Below are positions 56,062 through 64,000 of a DNA stretch of 64,000 bases, piece by piece. Position 1 is the stretch's first letter, and every line of letters starts with the position of its first letter. Made by a program: the position numbers and the translations under genes. The stretch comes from an uncultured Candidatus Bathyarchaeia archaeon (GTDB lineage: Archaea; Thermoproteota; Bathyarchaeia; 40CM-2-53-6), in contig CAZRNA010000001.1 in the NCBI GenBank assembly GCA_964601325.1, positions 4,042-68,041 of the forward strand, written 5' to 3'. The notes below the pieces were generated by a model, which searched no databases, was not told where the DNA came from, and worked only from the letters and a program-made list of their open reading frames with translations.

Positions 56062-57114
56062 GTGAGAGTAAACATCCTCAGAACAACACCGGAGAAAGTA
56101 AGAAAGAGGCTTGCCGAGAGGGAATTCGACGTTTCACAGCACGAATTGATACCTGAAGCTTTGTGGGTTCCCATTGAAGGACCGTTCGAAGTCCCAGCGC
56201 GCCTGAAGAAAGTGATGGTTGACAAATTCACAGCGGAATCAGTTCTACAAGGAGCCAACGTCTACGCGCCTGGAATCGTGCGATGCAGCAGAATCCGAAT
56301 CAGTGACAACGTGAGCATAATCGATGACGAAGGAGAAACACTCGCATCTGGAATCGCCCGAATGAATGAGACTCAGATCCTGACTTTCAGAAAAGGACTC
56401 GCAGTAGAAGTGACCGAATCGAAGTATAGAGTTCCCAGCTTCCGCGAGACACCTGAGTATCAGGAAGGACTCATCTATCCACAGTCACTGCCAGCGATTG
56501 TCACCAGCCGAGTACTTGACCCGAAACCGAACGAGGTCGTCCTTGACATGACTTGCTCGCCAGGCGGCAAACTCTCGCACATCTCTCAACTCATGGAAAA
56601 CCAAGGTCGCGTCATTGGCGTGGATCGTAATAGACGCAAAACTGAGGAAACGATGCAGACTTGCGCCCGTCTGGGTTGTTCGAATGTGACTCTCTTCGTG
56701 CACGACAGCAGGTATCTCTCGAGCGACTTCTCGACGCTCAAACCGGACAAGATCCTCGTTGACCCACCCTGCAGCGCGCTCGGAATAATGCCCAAGGTCT
56801 ACGAGTACGCTCCAAAGAGTGAGATCGAGGCTCTCGCCAGATACCAGAAACAGTTCCTTGAGGAGGCGTCCAAGATCGTGAAGCCAGGAGGACGGATCGT
56901 CTACAGTGTATGTACACTCACCCTACAGGAATGCGAACGGAATGCACTTCATGCTAGTACAAACTGCAACCTCTCAATTCAAGCGCAGTCACCTATGCTC
57001 GGTGACAGGGCGATTCCGATCGATGACGGATCTACAGAGCAATGTCAGAGATTCCACCCGCACAAACACGACGCTGGCTTCTTCATAGCCTGCTTCAAGA
57101 GACATGCCCAATGA
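56062..57114 (+). CDS. NOL1/NOP2/Sun-family RNA m5C methyltransferase with N-terminal PUA-like domain
   Basis: 'DMTCSPGGK' is motif I. 'DPPCSALG' is motif IV with the catalytic Cys, and 'CTL' is motif VI Cys. The frame stays open about 160 nt upstream with no ATG, so the start is uncertain. Confidence 0.7.
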   Translation: MRVNILRTTPEKVRKRLAEREFDVSQHELIPEALWVPIEGPFEVPARLKKVMVDKFTAESVLQGANVYAPGIVRCSRIRISDNVSIIDDEGETLASGIARMNETQILTFRKGLAVEVTESKYRVPSFRETPEYQEGLIYPQSLPAIVTSRVLDPKPNEVVLDMTCSPGGKLSHISQLMENQGRVIGVDRNRRKTEETMQTCARLGCSNVTLFVHDSRYLSSDFSTLKPDKILVDPPCSALGIMPKVYEYAPKSEIEALARYQKQFLEEASKIVKPGGRIVYSVCTLTLQECERNALHASTNCNLSIQAQSPMLGDRAIPIDDGSTEQCQRFHPHKHDAGFFIACFKRHAQ

Positions 57115-57176
57115 ACGTGGCGACCGGACAGCAAGACTTAACCGGGGCAACAACAAGACCGGCGTTTCTGATCTAA

Positions 57177-57464
57177 ATGGGCTTCTCAGATGAAGTCCTG
57201 ACAAGAGGCAAATCCGGAAAACTCGAAGTCAGGGCGCTCCACTCACGTGGATCCTTCGTAATGTGCAAGTACCTGAACCCCGAGACGTTGAGGTTGGCTG
57301 ATAAGAAGACAAAGCTGACGCTGAAACGGGAAGATGGAACCGCCGAGGAATACTTCATCATACCGCTAAGAGATCCAATAAGATCACTCCTTGTGAAGGC
57401 CGCTGGTGAGGAGAAGAGTAGAAAGGTCTGGAACGAGCAGACTCAGCAGGAAGAAGAACTTTGA
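57177..57464 (+). CDS. Hypothetical small protein
   Basis: 95 aa with an acidic C-terminus. Confidence 0.3.
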   Translation: MGFSDEVLTRGKSGKLEVRALHSRGSFVMCKYLNPETLRLADKKTKLTLKREDGTAEEYFIIPLRDPIRSLLVKAAGEEKSRKVWNEQTQQEEEL

Positions 57465-57523
57465 ATCTCGTCGCCTATCAGAGCGATGGTTCTGGCTCCA
57501 CTCAGCTCTTCCGGTGAAGCGCG

Positions 57524-58447
57524 TTGCATGAGGAAATCGAGATCTCGCGAGAACAGATCTTGGGGCCGCTTGATCTTGAGGCCACCTTGCTGAGCGGTCA
57601 AACCAGCGAACCACAGTGGGACCTCGCAGATGGGTACTACTCAGACGCCGAGGATTTCGAAGGAAGAACCGCAAGATATCGCGTCCGCCAGATCGGGACC
57701 CGAGAGGAACCGCACCTCAAGATCGTGACAACCTCAAATGACGAGAACGCGAGTCTCGCGAGAACCGTAACTGATCACATAGCCAATGTGCTGAGGCTTC
57801 GTGATGATCTGAACGCGTTCTATCAGGCGTTCGACCCGGCGAAAGGAGACATAGTCTCCAAGACTTTTCCGCAGCTCATTGGCCTCAGACTGATGCGAGG
57901 CAATAACCCGTTCGAGAGCCTAATCAGTTCGATCTCGACACAGCACAACTCGATAGTGCTCTGGACGAAATCGGTGAAACTGATCAGAGACACCTTTGGA
58001 CTTCCTGTGCGCTTGTCTGACGGTTCAACAATCCATCTCTTTCCCAAACCGGACACACTGGCCTCTGTCGGAGAACGTGACCTTGAGACAACAGGACTGA
58101 CGTACCGTACGAAATACATCATCGAGGCAGCTCGCAGAGTACGAGATGGGGTACTGAGCTTGGAAGAACTTCAACGCGATAACTACGAGACCGCGAAGAC
58201 GAAACTAATGGACCTGCCTGGAATTGGACCGAAGGTCGCTGATTGCTTTCTCCTGTATGGCCTCGGAAAGACGGAAGCGGCTCCCGTGGATATTTGGATC
58301 CACAGGATCGTTCGCAAGCTGTATTTCCACGGCGCTAATGTCAGTATCGATAGGGTAGCCAAGTTCCTCCGAGAACGATATGGGCCTTGGGCCGGGTACG
58401 TCCAATTGTACCTATTCCACTACGCTCGCAAGACACGGCTCGTCTGA
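57524..58447 (+). CDS. HhH-GPD superfamily DNA glycosylase (AlkA/Ogg1-like)
   Basis: 'LMDLPGIGPKVADCFLLYGL...PVDIWIHRI' is the helix-hairpin-helix plus Gly/Pro-rich loop with the catalytic Asp. Confidence 0.65.
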   Translation: MHEEIEISREQILGPLDLEATLLSGQTSEPQWDLADGYYSDAEDFEGRTARYRVRQIGTREEPHLKIVTTSNDENASLARTVTDHIANVLRLRDDLNAFYQAFDPAKGDIVSKTFPQLIGLRLMRGNNPFESLISSISTQHNSIVLWTKSVKLIRDTFGLPVRLSDGSTIHLFPKPDTLASVGERDLETTGLTYRTKYIIEAARRVRDGVLSLEELQRDNYETAKTKLMDLPGIGPKVADCFLLYGLGKTEAAPVDIWIHRIVRKLYFHGANVSIDRVAKFLRERYGPWAGYVQLYLFHYARKTRLV

Positions 58448-58474
58448 ATAGATCGACAGATGGGTCCTTGATTC

Positions 58475-59113
58475 TCAGGTGCGGCCGATCTTTCTTGTCG
58501 CTTTCCCTTTTCTCACGACCTTCCTCTTCAGTGGGGTTCCGCAGACTCCGCACGTCTGATCAGCATCTTCGGTCGTGTATCTCCTGAAACAAGCGGGACA
58601 GTAGTAGATCCAGTCGAACTTCTCCGCTATCCCGAATGTTGCGAGCGAGGCGTGCTCCATCCCTAGTGTCTCGGACACATTCTGTATTGCATAGTCATCG
58701 CTAACGATGGCGGGCGAGAGGCCGTTCTCTTTCAGATCGAGGGCGAGGGCGAGAACCTCAATATCCGCTTTCGAGAGCACCGCTGCGTCACCGACTTTGG
58801 ATGAAGTCTCTTGCACAGTCTTCATGGAAGATGAGGTTGGTTTCTTCACTGTCAGCTGACCTGAATCTCGGGATGTGGCGAATCTGGTGTACGGCAGAGC
58901 GTCAGGCGTTAGCTCATCCAAGACGCTCGTGGCTGAGTAACTGGGCAGGCTGAGCGCAGAAGGATTAAGACCCATCACGAACGCAGAGGTGTCTAGCACC
59001 AAAACCTTCGTCTCAGTCTTCTCCGGGGCCAAACGACTTACGCTACCCGAGGCTTCTGATAGGCAGTCGAAGCCTACGATCGGATTAAGGTTTGGTCGAG
59101 CAGAAGTCGACAC
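58475..59113 (-). CDS. PIN-domain plus Zn-ribbon endonuclease (Nob1-like)
   Basis: 'VLVLDTSAFV' supplies the PIN Asp. 'IVSDDYAIQNV' is a PIN acidic motif. The C-terminal 'CPACFRRY...CGVCGTP' is a Zn ribbon. Confidence 0.5.
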   Translation of the reverse strand: MSTSARPNLNPIVGFDCLSEASGSVSRLAPEKTETKVLVLDTSAFVMGLNPSALSLPSYSATSVLDELTPDALPYTRFATSRDSGQLTVKKPTSSSMKTVQETSSKVGDAAVLSKADIEVLALALDLKENGLSPAIVSDDYAIQNVSETLGMEHASLATFGIAEKFDWIYYCPACFRRYTTEDADQTCGVCGTPLKRKVVRKGKATRKIGRT

Positions 59114-59230
59114 GGTACTTCACGTGAAAGCGACCCGCACCGTAGCGGTCATTTGATATTAACCGACAATTCAGTCTTCCCAGAACGCGGCGACGTCCAC
59201 GTCCAGATGTGGAGATGGGTCGTCCAACCC

Positions 59231-60481
59231 TCAGCGGTGCCTATTCAATGCCCAGGCGCTCAATGTGATTCCCGGCAACGCCGCCGAGGTGAGCGCTAGC
59301 AAGCTCGTGGACAGCTGCATTAGCAGGTCGAATCTTGTTACCTCTGAAATCACGATCAGAGTTGAAGCAGTGGCCAGCAGCACTAGCGACAATGATACGT
59401 GCTTGAACGTCAGTTTCTTCCGGAAAGCTCGTGAGACGGCAACCGAAAGACCATAGAATGGCAATGCGTAGAGTAACCCGATCATGCTGCCTGTGAGGAC
59501 GCCTGCTACCACGATGGCTCCTTCAGGGCTGAAAGCAAGTGCGGTATGGAGCTGCTGAGAAACCCAGAGAATCCCAATCAGCGGATACAGCACATACCGC
59601 ATGACCGTCCTGAGGTTCTCGTTCGAACTGATCGTCTGAGCAACCTGCGGACTGAACGAGTAGTAGATCAGATTGAAGACCTTCATTCCCTCACCGCCCG
59701 CGTATGTCTGAAGCACGTCGCGATCGCGGAAGTTGCGCAACAGCTGAACCTCAGGACTCAACTCAGATCCATAAGTCGCAGTAGCAATGTAGCAAGCCCC
59801 AAAGCAGTGCTTCATGTAGGGTGTCCAAAAACCGCCGGAACAGAAATAGCCATACTCACACTCGGGTTCTTTGAGTAAGTAGTTGCACGTCCTTATACAA
59901 TTGAGTTCGTTGGGCTTGCATTCTGGACAGCGCTCTGGGTTTGTCTCCCGCTGCCATGCCCCGTTCGTGCATACCTCTCGTGTATTCCATTTCTTCGGGT
60001 CTATCTTACAATTTACCACGTTCCTAGGTGGGTCTCCAGCGTTGCATTGCGGACAGGGCTGTGGGTTTGTCTCTTGCTGCCATTCCCCGTTCTTGCATAT
60101 CTGGCGTGTCTTCCACCCTGTGCCGCCCGGACACCACTCCGTAACTTTGGGTGCTTCCTCAGCACCGCATTGGGTAGACTGCGTTTGCGTTTCAGTCTGT
60201 GTCTCTGTAGGACAGTCCTGTGTTTCTAGAACCTGGACACCGTTGTGGCACACCATTGCTCTCTTCCATGTCTTGTACTCCTGTCCTGGACACCACTCCC
60301 AAACTGACGCTTGACCTTCTATACAGCCCGCTGGTGGGGGTCCCACACTTAGTGGATGAGGCTGTCCAGCGTTGACGTGAACAACATTGGCTCCAATCGA
60401 GACTATGAAAATGACTAGAATCGCAGTGGCGACAAGATAGGACAGACGCACTCCAACGTATCCCCCTTGATAGAACGCCAT
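59231..60481 (-). CDS. Membrane protein with three tandem Trp/Cys-rich repeats of about 40 aa and a conserved 'CxxCYIATATYGS...LRNFRD' module
   Basis: An N-terminal signal-anchor is followed by repeats 'WxWCPGxxxWKTRxxCxNGxWQxETNPxxCPxC' x3. 'CFGACYIATATYGSELSPEVQLLRNFRD' is followed by at least 4 TM helices. Confidence 0.5.
   Translation of the reverse strand: MAFYQGGYVGVRLSYLVATAILVIFIVSIGANVVHVNAGQPHPLSVGPPPAGCIEGQASVWEWCPGQEYKTWKRAMVCHNGVQVLETQDCPTETQTETQTQSTQCGAEEAPKVTEWCPGGTGWKTRQICKNGEWQQETNPQPCPQCNAGDPPRNVVNCKIDPKKWNTREVCTNGAWQRETNPERCPECKPNELNCIRTCNYLLKEPECEYGYFCSGGFWTPYMKHCFGACYIATATYGSELSPEVQLLRNFRDRDVLQTYAGGEGMKVFNLIYYSFSPQVAQTISSNENLRTVMRYVLYPLIGILWVSQQLHTALAFSPEGAIVVAGVLTGSMIGLLYALPFYGLSVAVSRAFRKKLTFKHVSLSLVLLATASTLIVISEVTRFDLLMQLSTSLLALTSAALPGITLSAWALNRHR
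59910..60320 (-). repeat. Three imperfect tandem DNA repeats of about 120 bp encoding the Cys-rich protein repeats
   Basis: The encoded repeats share the W/C/P/N/G skeleton. The antisense ORF 59883..60314 shows the same periodicity. Confidence 0.45.
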
Positions 60482-60517
60482 GGACTCTCCTATACGAATA
60501 AAACACTTGGCATCCTG

Positions 60518-61444
60518 CTACTTCTTCGACGACTCCGAGCAGTTGACGCCCTTTACAATCAGCATCTCCGCAAATAGGTTCAACACTGTCTCCCGCCGCT
60601 CAATCTTCTCGAAAACGGCCACAATCGGGGTCAGCAGGAGATCCCTTGCCTTCGCTACGGACCGGTCAGGAAACTGCTGGATCCAAAGATCTAGCCACCT
60701 CAACTGTTTCGGAAACAGATGATACCCGTTCACCTCGACATCTGAGAAGCCCGCCTCCAATATAGCGTTCCTAATCTCACTAGGCGTAAAATGTAGCTCA
60801 GGGCTAGTGAGCTTCCTCAAGGCCCCAATCTTGCTGAGGAACACGCAAGACCAATAACGCATCCAAAGATTCTGGACGTTCGGAACTCCGACTATGATGC
60901 AGCCTCCATTCTTCGTCGCATCTCGTTGCTCGTTCAGACATGTTCTCCATTCTCGTACGTGTTCTATGCTGCCGAAACTGCAGGCAACCCCGAATGATCC
61001 AGATCTGAAGGGCAAATAACGAAAATCCGCCAGAACCGGATGCGCCTTGTCGTAGAGTCCATCGTCCATCATTCTACGACGTGCCACTTCGATAACTCTA
61101 CGCGAAACATCAACATACGCAACGTCCAGACCTCTCTGCATGAAATAGTAGGCGTACTTCGTCAACGTAGCTTCATTGTAAACGTCGAGCTTGAGTATCC
61201 ACTCACCCTGTCTCGGCTTGGTCCATTTCAGAAAGTATCTCTCGACCAAGCTCCGGTAGGCACGATCGGTCGGCGTGGGAACGGTTTGCCTGAGGTGAAA
61301 CGAATGTTCGAACACGTTTTCCCATAGACGCCTCATCTCGGCGCCCGTCATTATTGTGAGATCCCTTTCACCGTGAGGCAAAGCTCTGACACCATTTGAG
61401 GCTGAGACGGCGACGAACGTACCAGCTGGCAGCTGAGATCCCAC
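60518..61444 (-). CDS. Class I SAM-dependent methyltransferase-fold protein (Methyltransf_11-like) with an atypical motif I
   Basis: 'LPFRSGSFGVACSFGSIEHV...KNGGCIIVGV' matches post-II/III motifs. The Gly-rich motif I is replaced by 'LKLDVYNEAT'. Confidence 0.4.
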   Translation of the reverse strand: MGSQLPAGTFVAVSASNGVRALPHGERDLTIMTGAEMRRLWENVFEHSFHLRQTVPTPTDRAYRSLVERYFLKWTKPRQGEWILKLDVYNEATLTKYAYYFMQRGLDVAYVDVSRRVIEVARRRMMDDGLYDKAHPVLADFRYLPFRSGSFGVACSFGSIEHVREWRTCLNEQRDATKNGGCIIVGVPNVQNLWMRYWSCVFLSKIGALRKLTSPELHFTPSEIRNAILEAGFSDVEVNGYHLFPKQLRWLDLWIQQFPDRSVAKARDLLLTPIVAVFEKIERRETVLNLFAEMLIVKGVNCSESSKK

Positions 61445-62618
61445 CGGGTCTTGACACGAGGCGTTTCCAGTGCCACAGAAACCGGAGTCTGTGCTTGTAC
61501 GGGTGTCGCCTCGCGCCTTCTAGTTGCTCGTCAACCACGCGTCTCGCCAGCTCTCCCGGAGTACTTCCGTTTGGGCGCTCGAGCACCAGCATAACTCCAT
61601 CGTGGATTTTCTCTCGAACAACGCTCCGCAGAACATCTGTTGGAACATTTAGTCTGCACAGGAAACCTCCTAGAACGCCTCCTGCGTTTGCGACGAAGTC
61701 AGGAATGACCAAGATGCCTCTCTCAGCGAGAGGGGCCTCGGCAGACTCACTCACAGGGGCGTTGGCACACGGGACAATCAACTTCGCTTGGACCTCGTCG
61801 ATGTTTGACCTCGTGACAAGTAGTGGCCGCGCGGATGGAATCAGTACGTCGACCGACTCATTGACTATCGCGGACGGTTCTCTAATCTCAGCCATAGGCG
61901 TAGTCCTCACGTATTCCTCGAATGCGGTGAGGCCCGGGCGTTGTTTGGAATCGGAGACAAGTCCGAGGTCAATCCCGCCTTCTTGGAATAGCGCCTGTTC
62001 TTCGTTCGATATGGCGGAGACCTTCAGACCGCGTTCGACCAACATCATTCCTATCAATCTGCCAAGCCTACCAAAACCCTCAATCGCAACTGAAGAATTC
62101 CCTATTCTGTTTCCTGTCATCCTGATGCTTGTCACTACTGCTTCGACTACACCCTCGGCTGTGCATAGCCGAGCCAAAGGGATACTATCTACAGTTTTCT
62201 TGAGGATGCTATTTCGAAGAAGGGACTCGCAACCAAGCTGTTTGTATATCGCTATTATGTCCGATTCCGTGGAGCCCATGTCTGGGCTAGGCACATAGCG
62301 TAACTCTCGAATCAGGTCAGACACAGCTTCGCCGAAGCCGGCAATTACCTTGACACGAGATCCGGATTTGGGATCAAAAGCGATTCCGGTTTTCGCTCCG
62401 CCGGCGGGAATGGCGAAGAAAGCATTCTTGCGAGTCATTGCCTGAGCGAGAAGTTTCACCTCCGCCTCACTAACATCTGGAAGGATTCGCACTCCTCCGG
62501 AGCTTGGTCCCAATAGTGTACTGTTGAGGACAAGTACGCCATCGAACCCGTGTTTCCAGTTCTCGAATCGAATGATGGCTTCTGAGTCATGCATCGTAAT
62601 CCACCTTGCCACGTTCAA
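61368..62618 (-). CDS. Glu/Leu/Phe/Val-family amino acid dehydrogenase (glutamate dehydrogenase-like)
   Basis: 'GPSSGGVRILPDVSEAEVKLLAQAMTRKNAFFAIPAGGAKTGI' carries the catalytic Lys-Gly-Gly region. A C-terminal NAD(P) Rossmann domain is present. Confidence 0.8.
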   Translation of the reverse strand: MNVARWITMHDSEAIIRFENWKHGFDGVLVLNSTLLGPSSGGVRILPDVSEAEVKLLAQAMTRKNAFFAIPAGGAKTGIAFDPKSGSRVKVIAGFGEAVSDLIRELRYVPSPDMGSTESDIIAIYKQLGCESLLRNSILKKTVDSIPLARLCTAEGVVEAVVTSIRMTGNRIGNSSVAIEGFGRLGRLIGMMLVERGLKVSAISNEEQALFQEGGIDLGLVSDSKQRPGLTAFEEYVRTTPMAEIREPSAIVNESVDVLIPSARPLLVTRSNIDEVQAKLIVPCANAPVSESAEAPLAERGILVIPDFVANAGGVLGGFLCRLNVPTDVLRSVVREKIHDGVMLVLERPNGSTPGELARRVVDEQLEGARRHPYKHRLRFLWHWKRLVSRPGGISAASWYVRRRLSLKWCQSFASR

Positions 62619-62629
62619 TGTATGTTAGG

Positions 62630-63925
62630 CTAGAACGGAACCAGCTTGATTGGGAACTGCAGAATCATCATGACAAGCAGGCAGGACAGATAGAGGCTCC
62701 TGACGTACGGGTTAATCGAACGATGACACGTCATGCTCGCCACCATTATCGAGATAGGTCCCATCGTTGGCAACATATAGAAGATGTACATGATACGACC
62801 GGCGAATGCTATTGGATACATTATCAGGTATGCCCAGCTCCACCAGACCAGCCCGAAGAGGTCGAGCCTTGCGCGAGTTCTCCAGTAGCTCCAGGCTGAG
62901 AACGCAAGTCCGGGAAGCATCATGTAGATCAGCATCGGATTCATCTCTCCCACATAGTTCACGGTGAGTCCGCTTACTGTGCCGCTGTAGTATTCGATAA
63001 CGTTGCGATTGAATATCCAAAGCCAAGGCGGACAGATGATCCCGAAGGTAGAACTGTTCGAGCTAACGGCAACATACGATCCGTCCAAGTTATAGTGGTC
63101 GACCCTGTATAGGCCCAGCCTAGCGATATTCTGCCACGGAGTCATTTGCCACCAGACCAACATCAAAGCCGAGAGTAGGGCAACTGGTACAGCGAGACCG
63201 AGCAGTACCTTTGCAGCCAGCACAGCTGACTCTCTTGTGATGAGTGTGCGCTTCGAAACGCGTTCGACAGCCAGAAAAGTCATGATGATCGCGATTCCGA
63301 TGACGCCCATCTCCTTGGAGAGCGCCGATAGTCCAATCGCCATTCCAGCGGCAACGTAGCGGCCACGCAGGAAGAGGTAGAATCCGAGCATCATGAATGA
63401 CATCATGAAGATATCGAGCGTGAATATGCGTGAATGAATCAACGTCAGCGTGTCTAGCGAAAGAAAAGTCGCTGCGTAGAACGCGACTTGATCGGATGCA
63501 AGCCTCTTCACCGCCAGATAGAGAAACAGTAGCAGAAGTGTCCCAAAGATCACGCTCGGCAACCTGTACGCGAGCGCATTTTCGCCGAGCGCCAATGCCG
63601 ATATGGCCACAATGAGCTTCGCGAGCGGGGGGTGTCCCGGATATGGATCTGTAAACTTTGGATAGATGTCAGTCACAGGATTGTCTGCGGGGCCGAAAAT
63701 CATTGGCCTGCCAATTATGTTCCTCGCGGCGTTGATGAAGTAAACTTCGTCGAAGACTAGGCCCAAATCCCACGAATCCACACAGGAAGCGGGCTCGCAA
63801 CGAGTTGTGAGTGGGGGAACACCAATGAATGCCAAACGAAGAGCGAGACTCGCGCACAATACGAAAAGAAATAGTCTATCCCAGTGACTGAGTCTCCGAT
63901 GCAAATGAAGGCCGGGCCAAGTCAT
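62630..63925 (-). CDS. GT-C fold dolichyl-phosphate-mannose-dependent glycosyltransferase (PMT/GT39/ArnT-like)
   Basis: 431 aa with about 11 TM helices and a first extracytoplasmic loop containing 'DEVYF' (DE motif). Confidence 0.6.
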   Translation of the reverse strand: MTWPGLHLHRRLSHWDRLFLFVLCASLALRLAFIGVPPLTTRCEPASCVDSWDLGLVFDEVYFINAARNIIGRPMIFGPADNPVTDIYPKFTDPYPGHPPLAKLIVAISALALGENALAYRLPSVIFGTLLLLFLYLAVKRLASDQVAFYAATFLSLDTLTLIHSRIFTLDIFMMSFMMLGFYLFLRGRYVAAGMAIGLSALSKEMGVIGIAIIMTFLAVERVSKRTLITRESAVLAAKVLLGLAVPVALLSALMLVWWQMTPWQNIARLGLYRVDHYNLDGSYVAVSSNSSTFGIICPPWLWIFNRNVIEYYSGTVSGLTVNYVGEMNPMLIYMMLPGLAFSAWSYWRTRARLDLFGLVWWSWAYLIMYPIAFAGRIMYIFYMLPTMGPISIMVASMTCHRSINPYVRSLYLSCLLVMMILQFPIKLVPF

Positions 63926-64000
63926 GTATGGCCTTTCCAGGAGTTATCCCGTGGGCTCAGGCTATCAATGCATGGGGCTGATTACGCTTTGTTCATGTTC

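Noticed and set aside
59883-60314. Plus-strand 143-aa ORF with internal repeats ('GQRSGFVSRCHAPFVH...'/'GQGCGFVSCCHSPFLH...')
   Set aside because: It is antisense to the Cys-rich repeat gene. Its periodicity simply mirrors the DNA repeats, and the frame lacks start context.
1-64000. CRISPR arrays, rRNA or tRNA genes, IS elements or integrases
   Set aside because: There are no short regularly spaced direct repeats. No transposase, integrase or recombinase ORFs are present. The only repeats are the two protein-coding tandem repeats reported above.

Overview
This window reads as a chromosomal segment from a euryarchaeon. It is gene-dense, about 55% GC, with mixed strands and no rRNA, tRNA or CRISPR genes. 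The lineage call rests on archaeal ribosomal proteins uS13 and uS4, Hef, RadB, CarS, a GGPP synthase, a UPF0147/UPF0148 pair, Clp1, Nob1 and PGF-CTERM/PEF-CTERM sorting signals. Most genes are housekeeping, but the window is broken up by accessory-looking cell-envelope loci. Recognisable products include Cys synthase-family PLP enzymes, an amino-acid permease and two formamidase paralogues. Central and nucleotide metabolism is represented by FumC, Tmk, an HD phosphohydrolase, GcvH/GcvT, GDH and a PduO-type corrinoid adenosyltransferase. RNA-modification enzymes include KsgA, a SpoU-type methyltransferase and an NSUN methyltransferase, and DNA-repair genes include an HhH-GPD glycosylase and a DHH/DHHA1 nuclease. 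Transport is covered by a CDF, EamA and MFS transporter and an ABC-2 exporter operon. The best candidates for new biology are as follows. (1) An 867-aa Cdc48-type tandem AAA+ ATPase whose usual N domain is replaced by a roughly 290-aa polytopic membrane domain. (2) A recently duplicated tandem pair of Thr-rich, signal-peptide plus PGF-CTERM surface proteins, with a PEF-CTERM-like protein and two GT-C/PMT-like membrane glycosyltransferases elsewhere in the window. (3) A membrane protein with three tandem Trp/Cys-rich repeats of about 40 aa and a 'CxxCYIATATYGS...LRNFRD' module. (4) A cluster of a hypothetical protein, a B12-binding radical SAM enzyme and a DUF2029-type GT-C glycosyltransferase. 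(5) An ABC-2 exporter operon linked to a COG1361-like surface protein, in which one permease carries a -1 frameshift. (6) An orphan beta-class SPPY DNA methyltransferase. All functional calls come from reading motifs in the supplied translations, and no database searches were run.
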